From contig CAYYWT010000001.1 in NCBI GenBank assembly GCA_964475435.1, forward strand, positions 746 to 28,725: a DNA stretch of 27,980 bases. The letters run 5' to 3'. A model generated the notes under the pieces. It was not told where the DNA came from. It saw only the letters and a program-made list of their open reading frames with translations, and did no database searches. The position numbers and the translations under genes were made by a program. Within the stretch, counting starts at the first letter, position 1. Every line of letters begins with the position of its first letter. This document shows, piece by piece, positions 6,509 through 13,936 of this stretch. The stretch is from an uncultured Eubacteriales bacterium (GTDB lineage: Bacteria; Bacillota; Clostridia; TANB77; RGIG9151).

Positions 6509-7990
6509 ATGGCGGCTCAACAAGTGTTTTTGCAAGATATTATTAATTCAATAAAAGAGATAATGGAAAATTACAAGGAAGATAAGGAATTGAAGCTTTT
6601 ACATCAAAAGAAGATTGACCAAGCGGCGGCAGGTGGGATAGAAGCGAAAAGTTATGTAAAAGAAGAAATAATGAAAGTTTGTTTAAAAGATTTGAATACT
6701 AAGATTACTGAAGAAAACATAGACGATTTAATAAAACAATATCATGTTAATTATTATGAAAATATATATGGTGATGATCCTGAAGATAAATTTTATCAAA
6801 TCTTTGAACATATGATGTTGTCTGAAAATGATGAATTTGAAGTGAAGATGGAAAGACTTGTTCAAATAATATATCAAGAGTTGTACGGATTAGGCGTAAT
6901 TGATGAACTATGCGAAGGACATATTGATGAAACTGGGGTAAATGGTAAAGATTATATTTGGATTCAAGTTGGAGGTCTAAAACGTCAAATTAAAAAATTG
7001 CATTTCCAATCTCAGGCTGTTTTACAAAAGAAGGTTTCTACAGCTATAAGTTTTGATAGTAAAAGTGATATAACGGCGAGTGAACCGATAGTTTATTGCC
7101 AAAGAATGAATGGAAGCCGTGTTACGGCTGTTATTCCTCCAATAGCGAAATATCCTATCTTAAATATTCGTCATTTCCATTTAGCAAATGTTACGAAGTA
7201 TGATTTGGTAGATAAGGCTACATTAACTGATGATGCTGTAAGGTTTATTGAGTTAGTTTTTAAAGGCAGACCTAATTTCTTGATTATAGGTCAACAAGGT
7301 AGTGGTAAGTCTACATTACTTAGAGTTTTATTAAATGAAGTTTCGGATGCTATCGGTATCGGTACTATCGAGAATATGTTTGAGCTTAATTTAGATGATT
7401 ATTACCCTAATAAAAACGTAATTGCATTGCAGTCTACTGAAAAGTTCCCGGCTGATAAGTTATTTGAATTGATGCTAAGACAAAACAGAGATATTGTACT
7501 ACTTGGAGAAATTCGTTCTTCTAATGAGGCGGTAGAAACTATTAATGCGATGTTGCGTCAGTGTCGTGGTTCAGCGGCTACATTCCACAGTTCTTCTCCT
7601 ACTCGTGCGGTGCATGATTTGAGGAATTTATGTATGCGTAGTTCACAGTATAAAGATTTCTTAACAGCTCAATTCGACGTAGCGGATGCTATTGATTTAA
7701 TACTTGAGGGAAGACTTGACTATGAAACAGGTAAGAGGTATATAAATCGTATATCTGTAGTTGAAGCGAATGATGAAGATTATAAGTTTGAAGTTAATGA
7801 TATATTTAAGTACAATCACGACAAAAAGGAATTAGAACCAGTTCAATGTGTTTCTGATAAATTTATGGAAAAGTTATTGGATTATGGAATGCCGATAGAA
7901 AATATTGCTAAAATAAAAGCTATTTTTAATGAAAAAGTAAGAGATGTTGATAATACACAAAAAAGTAAGAAGAAAAGTGAAGAAAAATAG
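6509..7990 (+). CDS. tadA: TadA/CpaF-family secretion ATPase (VirB11/GspE superfamily)
   Basis: SD GGAGGGGAG (6497-6505). Walker A is GQQGSGKST (7289-7315). Walker B region is RDIVLLGEIR. His-box-like segment is GSAATFHSSS. Also has GVIDEL and the usual CpaF N-terminal domain. Confidence 0.85.
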   Translation: MAAQQVFLQDIINSIKEIMENYKEDKELKLLHQKKIDQAAAGGIEAKSYVKEEIMKVCLKDLNTKITEENIDDLIKQYHVNYYENIYGDDPEDKFYQIFEHMMLSENDEFEVKMERLVQIIYQELYGLGVIDELCEGHIDETGVNGKDYIWIQVGGLKRQIKKLHFQSQAVLQKKVSTAISFDSKSDITASEPIVYCQRMNGSRVTAVIPPIAKYPILNIRHFHLANVTKYDLVDKATLTDDAVRFIELVFKGRPNFLIIGQQGSGKSTLLRVLLNEVSDAIGIGTIENMFELNLDDYYPNKNVIALQSTEKFPADKLFELMLRQNRDIVLLGEIRSSNEAVETINAMLRQCRGSAATFHSSSPTRAVHDLRNLCMRSSQYKDFLTAQFDVADAIDLILEGRLDYETGKRYINRISVVEANDEDYKFEVNDIFKYNHDKKELEPVQCVSDKFMEKLLDYGMPIENIAKIKAIFNEKVRDVDNTQKSKKKSEEK

Positions 7991-8007
7991 AAGGGCAGGG
8001 AGATATA

Positions 8008-8964
8008 ATGGATGGAAATGTATTACAAACTGCCGATATTATGACTAAGTTGGGGAGCAGTTTATTAATTTTTATTGTGGTAGCAATTTTTATTTTGGTT
8101 GTAGTTGTAGTGTACATAGCGTATGTTGAAAAAAGGAATAGTTCGTGGCTTAATCAAAGACAAAGTGCGATTAAGGCTGTTTATTCGTTAAAAAATATAC
8201 CGTTTTTGTATGCTATTCAAACTAGAATTGCTAATAAATTTGCGATTACCAATACAGGAACACGTCAAGAAAATGAAAAATATGCGCTTTATGTTATGGC
8301 GTTTATTTGTATAATGGCTATAGGGATAATTTGTGGATTATGGCAATTTGTTAATCAGTATCCGTATGCAATAATTTTGTTATTGGCGATTGGAATTTCT
8401 ATCCCATGGATGTTGTTTAGTATATTTTATGAAGCCCAACTAGCCAAAATGATTAAACAGCTTCCTCAAGCGATAGACGAGTTTGCGAGCTCATACAGAA
8501 AATCTAATAAGGTATTTAATGCGTTAAAAGATTCATATCAATATATGCCAAAGGTTGTAGGAAAAGAATTTGAAAGATTATATAAATCTTATAATATTGA
8601 TTTCGAAGATGGTGTAGAGTATTTTAGAGAGAGAATAAAAAATGATTGGGCAGGTATTTTTGCAAGTCTACTTCTAATTAATTATACCAAAGGCGGAACT
8701 ATTATATCACAATTAGATGATTTAAATACTGAGATTGAAAATGATATAATTGCTAAAGATAGGGTTAGAAGTAAAATGCTTGGTTTTAAGTTAGTTGCGT
8801 TATCTAGTATGTTACTTATTGTATTGGTTATTTTCGCTAATATGATGATGTCCGAATCCGCTAAAGAGTATTACATGAATGTTAACGGTCAACAAGAAAT
8901 AATTTTAGCTTTAGCGGTAGGATTTATAACATTTTTATGTATGCTATTGGTAGAAAAATTGTAA
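8008..8964 (+). CDS. tadB: TadB-like inner-membrane platform protein (T2SS-F domain)
   Basis: N-terminal TM, two central TMs, a cytoplasmic helical T2SSF-like block (LPQAIDEFASSYRKSNKVFNALKDSY...EFERLYKSYNIDFEDGVEYFRERI) and C-terminal TMs. Position directly after the ATPase matches Tad loci. Confidence 0.7.
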   Translation: MDGNVLQTADIMTKLGSSLLIFIVVAIFILVVVVVYIAYVEKRNSSWLNQRQSAIKAVYSLKNIPFLYAIQTRIANKFAITNTGTRQENEKYALYVMAFICIMAIGIICGLWQFVNQYPYAIILLLAIGISIPWMLFSIFYEAQLAKMIKQLPQAIDEFASSYRKSNKVFNALKDSYQYMPKVVGKEFERLYKSYNIDFEDGVEYFRERIKNDWAGIFASLLLINYTKGGTIISQLDDLNTEIENDIIAKDRVRSKMLGFKLVALSSMLLIVLVIFANMMMSESAKEYYMNVNGQQEIILALAVGFITFLCMLLVEKL

Positions 8965-8981
8965 AGAGGTGATATTAAGAA

Positions 8982-10151
8982 ATGGCAACGAGTATTATAA
9001 TGAGTTTAATTATTGCAGCAATTATAATTTTAGTGCTAACATTATTGGTTTTGTGTATAAGACAACCTCAACAAGCTAAAATGAGAAATGACAAAGTTAC
9101 GTTGGAAATGCTTTCTTATTCGCCTATTTTTAAGAAAGCCGTTGATGCGATTATCCCGCCGGCTGAAGATAGAGAATTTAGGAAAAACGAAAGACTTATA
9201 AGTGATTCTGGTTATAATATGTCTATGAGAACATTATATTTCCTGAAACTTGTAATCCCGATTATGCTGTTAATTATATTTTTGTCTATTTATTTTATTA
9301 ATAGACAAGTTTATGTTGATGCAGTTATAACCGATAGCTTGACAAAAAATGTTGATGTGCTCGGTAGTAGTGCAAATGAAAAAGAAAAAACGAGTGAAGA
9401 GAAAAGTGAGTTTGAGCAAGCAAAACGTGATACGTATGATGTTGTTAATAGTTTTGTAGATAAACAAATTTTAAAAAGCGAAGATGCTATTGCTGTTAAA
9501 CAAGCTATTCAAGAAGCTTTCTTAAAAAATAATTTAGCGACTGAGTCTGATGTTTATTATCAAACGGAAGAAATGTACAATAAAATGCTTCAGGTAGAAA
9601 AAGCAAAGCAAATAAATCCGGTTACAATAATATTTATTGTCTTAGCTTCTTTAGTTGGTTTTATCGTGCCTGATGTTTTCTTAACATTGGCAAGGATGAT
9701 TAGATACCAGTCGTTTGATAATGAAATTATTGCGTTAGAAATGTTGACGATTTTGGTTGGTTCTATTGAGAATGTTACGGTAAAAGAAATTTTAAGAATT
9801 TTATCATTAAACAGTAAAGCTTTTAAGAAGAATTTCGAAAAAGCATTGCTTGAATATCCCATTGACTTTGAACAAGCGTTAATTAACTTAGGAGATAGTA
9901 GTAAAAATAAAGATTTCCAAGCTCTTATTTCTACATTAAGACAATGTGCTACATCAGATAAGTATTCAGCGCTTCAAACTCTTCAAAGAAGAAGAATTAG
10001 TAGAAAAGAGTACAGAAAACTTATGGAGGAGAAAAAAATTGAAACAAAAATGTACATTGGATTTATATTGTTAATTCCTGTATTATTCTTCTTGGCTAAG
10101 TTATTGTTATCTCCATGGCAAGATTTGATGAATAGTAGTGGATTGATGTAA
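8982..10151 (+). CDS. tadC: TadC-like inner-membrane platform protein (T2SS-F domain)
   Basis: N-terminal TM, second TM at LKLVIPIMLLIIFLSIYFI, a coiled/charged linker, then a T2SSF-like block (FDNEIIALEMLTILVGSIENVTVKEILRILS...FEKALLEYPIDFEQALINLG) and a terminal TM. It is a paralogous partner of the preceding gene. Confidence 0.65.
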   Translation: MATSIIMSLIIAAIIILVLTLLVLCIRQPQQAKMRNDKVTLEMLSYSPIFKKAVDAIIPPAEDREFRKNERLISDSGYNMSMRTLYFLKLVIPIMLLIIFLSIYFINRQVYVDAVITDSLTKNVDVLGSSANEKEKTSEEKSEFEQAKRDTYDVVNSFVDKQILKSEDAIAVKQAIQEAFLKNNLATESDVYYQTEEMYNKMLQVEKAKQINPVTIIFIVLASLVGFIVPDVFLTLARMIRYQSFDNEIIALEMLTILVGSIENVTVKEILRILSLNSKAFKKNFEKALLEYPIDFEQALINLGDSSKNKDFQALISTLRQCATSDKYSALQTLQRRRISRKEYRKLMEEKKIETKMYIGFILLIPVLFFLAKLLLSPWQDLMNSSGLM

Positions 10152-10181
10152 AGAATTTTATAAAAAGGAGAGTAATGAAAA

Positions 10182-10886
10182 ATGTTTTGTCCTAATTGTG
10201 GTAAAGAAGTTGGAGATTTTGATTTAACTTGTGAAGGGTGTGGATATACTTTAAAAGATAATGATGCTAAACCTAAAATAAAAACTACAGGACTTTTGGT
10301 GTGGAGCATTATTGAAATGATAAGTTGTTATACTTTTATTCCTGGACTTGTTGGACTTATTTTATGGATTAATAGCCTAAAACCTGCTGCTAATAGAGGA
10401 GATGTAGAAGGTGCTAAAAAGGCTAAAAAAAGAATAAAGATATCATTATGGATTGGCGTAGTAATCTGGGTATTAATTTTGGTAGTGATTGCTTTGTTAG
10501 TTGCGATTCCTAATGTTGTTGATGTAAGAGATACAACAGGATATAGCATAGAACTTAGTGATGCTACTAGAATAGGACAAGCTGTAAGAGTTTGGTATGT
10601 TGATGCTATATCTGATCCGGAGTTAGATTATGATATACCTACTGAGTGGGAATTAACAGCTGAGTTAGATGATATATATAATTATACAAGTATTGGCACT
10701 ACTAAGGATGGAAAAGATTATTATACAGCAATACAAAATACTGGGAAATTTGCTCCCAGAGTACTTATCGGAGTATCCTATACAGGAGAAGATTTGCCAC
10801 CGGTTTCGGATGTAGATGGAGTTACATATGACGGAAATGGTTCGGGAGTTTGCTATGTAGAATATATTGGGGATCTGATTTATTAG
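10182..10886 (+). CDS. zinc-ribbon / CD225(dispanin)-like membrane protein with a C-terminal extracytoplasmic domain that begins with a pilin-like helix
   Basis: SD AAAAGGAGAG (10164-10172). Zn-ribbon is CPNCG...CEGCG. The CD225-like two-TM unit has the loop NSLKPAANRGDVEGAKKAKKRIK. The second TM and following sequence, VLILVVIALLVAIPNVVDVRDTT...ATRIGQAVRVWY, resembles a type IV pilin alpha-1 helix but lacks a G/FxxxE cleavage motif. Confidence 0.5.
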   Translation: MFCPNCGKEVGDFDLTCEGCGYTLKDNDAKPKIKTTGLLVWSIIEMISCYTFIPGLVGLILWINSLKPAANRGDVEGAKKAKKRIKISLWIGVVIWVLILVVIALLVAIPNVVDVRDTTGYSIELSDATRIGQAVRVWYVDAISDPELDYDIPTEWELTAELDDIYNYTSIGTTKDGKDYYTAIQNTGKFAPRVLIGVSYTGEDLPPVSDVDGVTYDGNGSGVCYVEYIGDLIY

Positions 10887-10912
10887 TTTTTGGGAAAATC
10901 CGATTGTAAAAG

Positions 10913-10938
10913 GGTGGGCGAAAGTCCATCTTTTTTTT
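10913..10938 (+). terminator. intrinsic terminator ending the Tad-like operon
   Basis: GGTGGGC (10913-10919), GAAA loop, GTCCATC (10924-10930): a 7-bp stem with two G-U pairs, followed by T8 (10931-10938). Confidence 0.7.
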
Positions 10939-10939
10939 G

Positions 10940-10968
10940 TTGACTTTTAGTGTCGAAAAAGATAGAAT
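10940..10968 (+). promoter_or_regulatory. candidate sigma-A promoter for adhE
   Basis: TTGACT (10940-10945), 17-nt spacer, TAGAAT (10963-10968). This implies a ~105-nt leader before the ATG at 11079. Confidence 0.55.
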
Positions 10969-11078
10969 TAAAACGATGATAAATTTTAATTTTGGAATGC
11001 CAAGAAATGAGAATATAACCTCGTTTTAGGCTATATAATCCAGTTAACAAAAAGAATTATATAAAGGAGAGAAAATTT

Positions 11079-13658
11079 ATGAGAGATGTTAATGAAATGG
11101 TAAATGAGTTAGCAGTCAAGGCTGAAAAAGCCTTAAGAGAGTATATGCTTCTTGATCAAGAACAAGTTGATAAGATTGTTAACGCTATGGCTTTGGCGGG
11201 ACTTGACCACCATATGGAATTGGCTAAGATGGCTATTGAAGAAACTAACAGAGGTGTGTACGAGGATAAGGTTATTAAAAACATTTTTGCTACTGAGTAT
11301 ATATGGCATTCAATAAAGGATGAAAAGACTGCCGGAATTATTGAAGAAAACGAGCTTGAGGGATATGTTGAAGTTGCTGAACCGGTTGGAATTGTGGCGG
11401 GGGTTACGCCTGTTACCAATCCTACTTCTACAACGATGTTTAAGTCTTTGATTTGTGCAAAGGCTAGAAATCCTATTATATTTGGTTTCCATCCGTCTGC
11501 TCAACAATGCTCCAAAAGAGCTGCCGAGATTTTAAGAGATGCTGCTGTTAAAGCGGGAGCTCCCGAAGATTGTATTCAATGGGTAGAAGAACCTTCGATT
11601 GAAGCGACAACTGCTTTGATGAATCATCCTAGTATTTCGCTTATTTTAGCGACTGGTGGAGCAGGAATGGTAAAATCTGCTTATAGTTGCGGAAAACCTG
11701 CTTTAGGTGTTGGACCTGGTAATGCGCCTTGTTATATAGAAACTACTGCTAAATTAAAGAGAGCTTGTACTGATTTGATGCTTTCTAAGACTTTCGATAA
11801 TGGTATGATTTGTGCGTCTGAACAAGCCGTTGTTGTAGATAAGGTTGTTAAGGCTGCATTTGAAGAATATATGAAGGAAAATGGTTGTCATTTCTTAAGT
11901 AAAGAGGAAATTGAAAAGCTTACAGAATTTATGATGCCGGAAGGAAAACTTAATTCTAAGGTTCCGGGTATGCCAGCTACTAAAATTGCTGAGATGGCCG
12001 GGATAGATGTAGACAGTAAAACGAAGATTTTAATAGCTAAACTTGATGGGGTTGGTCCGGAATATCCGTTATCTCGTGAAAAATTATCTCCTGTTCTTGC
12101 TTATTATGTTGTTGAAGATTATAAGGAAGGATTTGAAGTATGTAAGAAAATCTTGGATTTTGGAGGACTTGGACATTCGGCTATTATTCATAGTACTAAC
12201 GAAGAAATAATTAAGATGTTTGGTGAAGCAATGAAAGTAGGAAGAGTAATTGTTAACTCGCCTTCTTCTCAAGGTGCGATTGGTGATATTTATAATACGA
12301 ATACTCCGTCACTAACGCTTGGGTGTGGTTCTTACGGACATAACAGTACGACGTCTAACGTATCTACTGTAAATCTTATAAATAAAAAGAAAATCGCTGA
12401 AAGAAGGGTTAATATGCAATGGTTTAAAATTCCACCGAAGATTTACTTTGAAAAAGATTCTATTCAATATTTAGAGAATATGGAAGATATCTCAAGAGCG
12501 TTTATAGTTACCGATCCTATGATGGTAAAACTGGGATATGTAGATAAGGCTTTATATTATTTAAGAAAGAGAGAGCAATATTGCCATTCTAAAATTTATT
12601 CGGATGTTGAGCCGGATCCTGATGTTGATACGATTATGCGTGGTGTAGCTGAAATGCGTGATTTTAAACCTGATGTTATTATTGCTATTGGTGGTGGTTC
12701 TGCGATTGATGCTGCAAAGGGTATGTGGTTATTCTATGAGCATCCTGATGCTACGTTTGATGGATTAAAACAAAAGTTTATGGATATTAGAAAGAGAGTA
12801 GTTAAGTTCCCTAATTTAGGTCAACTTGCTAAATTTGTTGCTGTGCCTACAACTAGCGGTACCGGTAGCGAGGTTACTGCGTTTGCGGTTATTACTGATA
12901 GAAAGAATGGAAATATTAAATATCCTTTAGCTGATTATGCATTAAAACCTGATGTTGCTATTATTGATCCTCAATTTGTAATGAGCTTGCCAAAATCGGC
13001 AACGGCTGATACCGGTATGGATGTTTTAACTCACGCGTTAGAAGCATATGTTTCTAATATGGCGAGTGATTATACAGATGGTCTTGCACTTCAAGCTATT
13101 GATTTAGTATTTGATTATTTAAAACGTGCTTATGATCACGGTGAAGAAGATGAAAAAGCCAGAGAGAAAATGCACAATGCGAGTTGTATTGCCGGAATGG
13201 CGTTTACTAATGCTTTCTTAGGATTAAATCACAGTATGGCTCATAAATTGGGCGGAGAGTATCATATTCCTCACGGTAGAGCTAATGCGGTACTACTTCC
13301 TTATGTTATTAAATATAATGCTACAAAGCCTACAAAGTTTGCGACTTTCCCTAAATATGAGTACTTTATTGCTGATGAAAAATACGCTAAGGCTGCTAGA
13401 TTTATAGGGCTTGCCGGAAGTACTACACAAGAGAGCGTAGATAATTTAATTAAAGCTGTAAGACAACTTATGAAAGATTTAAATATGCCACTTTCTATTA
13501 AGGAATGTGGTGTTGATGAAGAAGTATTTATGTCAGGCTTAAGAAAACTTGCTGAAAATGCTCACGACGATCAATGTACCGGAGCAAATCCTAGATATCC
13601 TCTTGTTGAAGAAATTATGGAAATTTATAAACAAGCTTATTACGGAGAAGAAAATTAG
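11079..13658 (+). CDS. adhE: bifunctional acetaldehyde-CoA / alcohol dehydrogenase
   Basis: 859 aa. N-terminal ALDH domain has the catalytic-Cys region FDNGMICASEQ. C-terminal Fe-ADH domain has GGGSAIDAAKGMW, VPTTSGTGSEVT and HSMAHKLGGEYHIPHG. SD is AAAGGAGAG. Confidence 0.95.
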   Translation: MRDVNEMVNELAVKAEKALREYMLLDQEQVDKIVNAMALAGLDHHMELAKMAIEETNRGVYEDKVIKNIFATEYIWHSIKDEKTAGIIEENELEGYVEVAEPVGIVAGVTPVTNPTSTTMFKSLICAKARNPIIFGFHPSAQQCSKRAAEILRDAAVKAGAPEDCIQWVEEPSIEATTALMNHPSISLILATGGAGMVKSAYSCGKPALGVGPGNAPCYIETTAKLKRACTDLMLSKTFDNGMICASEQAVVVDKVVKAAFEEYMKENGCHFLSKEEIEKLTEFMMPEGKLNSKVPGMPATKIAEMAGIDVDSKTKILIAKLDGVGPEYPLSREKLSPVLAYYVVEDYKEGFEVCKKILDFGGLGHSAIIHSTNEEIIKMFGEAMKVGRVIVNSPSSQGAIGDIYNTNTPSLTLGCGSYGHNSTTSNVSTVNLINKKKIAERRVNMQWFKIPPKIYFEKDSIQYLENMEDISRAFIVTDPMMVKLGYVDKALYYLRKREQYCHSKIYSDVEPDPDVDTIMRGVAEMRDFKPDVIIAIGGGSAIDAAKGMWLFYEHPDATFDGLKQKFMDIRKRVVKFPNLGQLAKFVAVPTTSGTGSEVTAFAVITDRKNGNIKYPLADYALKPDVAIIDPQFVMSLPKSATADTGMDVLTHALEAYVSNMASDYTDGLALQAIDLVFDYLKRAYDHGEEDEKAREKMHNASCIAGMAFTNAFLGLNHSMAHKLGGEYHIPHGRANAVLLPYVIKYNATKPTKFATFPKYEYFIADEKYAKAARFIGLAGSTTQESVDNLIKAVRQLMKDLNMPLSIKECGVDEEVFMSGLRKLAENAHDDQCTGANPRYPLVEEIMEIYKQAYYGEEN

Positions 13659-13674
13659 AAGGGAGAATGTAGTT

Positions 13675-13923
13675 ATGATATTAAAAGTTTGTGTAGGAAG
13701 TTCTTGTCATTTAAAAGGTTCTTATGATGTTATTGAAAAGTTTAAGGAATTAATAAAAAGATATGATGTAGAGGATAAGATAGAATTACAAGCAAGTTTT
13801 TGCCTTGGCCATTGCTCAGAAGGAGTTACGGTTAAGGCTGATGAGAGATTTATATTAAATGTTAACGCTGATAATGCGGAGGAAATTTTTACAAATGAAA
13901 TTTTATCTTCAGTAAACAATTAG
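13675..13923 (+). CDS. thioredoxin-like [2Fe-2S] ferredoxin (NuoE/HydC-like; HfsA-like)
   Basis: ATG 13675 follows GAAGGGAG (13658-13665). The longer tracked ORF (13549) overlaps adhE. Sequence MILKVCVGSSCHLKGSYDVIEKF...SFCLGHCSEGVTV has the Cys pattern C-x4-C ... C-x3-C. Confidence 0.7.
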   Translation: MILKVCVGSSCHLKGSYDVIEKFKELIKRYDVEDKIELQASFCLGHCSEGVTVKADERFILNVNADNAEEIFTNEILSSVNN

Positions 13924-13936
13924 GAGTGAGAGCTTT

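Noticed and set aside
4722-10549. Short minus-strand ORFs inside the Tad-like locus (4722..4916, 4964..5149, 6311..6535, 7926..8117, 9270..9467, 9590..9862, 9983..10309, 10328..10549)
   Set aside because: All are antisense to longer plus-strand genes that have SDs and domain motifs. I also checked them as possible hidden Flp-like prepilins, and none has a short leader followed by a G/xxxxEY-type hydrophobic helix.
3250-10886. The locus as part of an integrative conjugative element, plasmid remnant or prophage
   Set aside because: No relaxase, coupling protein, VirB4, integrase, recombinase or phage structural gene is in the window. Base composition and codon style look like those of the flanking housekeeping genes, judged by eye only and not computed.
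10951-10957. TGTCGAA (a perfect Spo0A 0A-box heptamer) in the spacer of the adhE promoter
   Set aside because: A single 7-mer is expected a few times by chance in 28 kb. It is unknown whether this organism has Spo0A. The location is suggestive, given solvent-gene control in clostridia, but the sequence alone does not support it.
10969-11028. Possible riboswitch or leader structure in the ~105-nt adhE 5' UTR (TAAAACGA at 10969-10976 pairs with TCGTTTTA at 11021-11028)
   Set aside because: It is only one 8-bp AT-rich stem. It resembles no riboswitch consensus I know, and I found no convincing Rex operator (TTGTGAA-N6-TTCACAA type).
13549-13674. Upstream extension of the 2Fe-2S ferredoxin ORF
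   Set aside because: It overlaps the last 110 nt of adhE in another frame. The ATG at 13675 has a proper GAAGGGAG SD just after the adhE stop.
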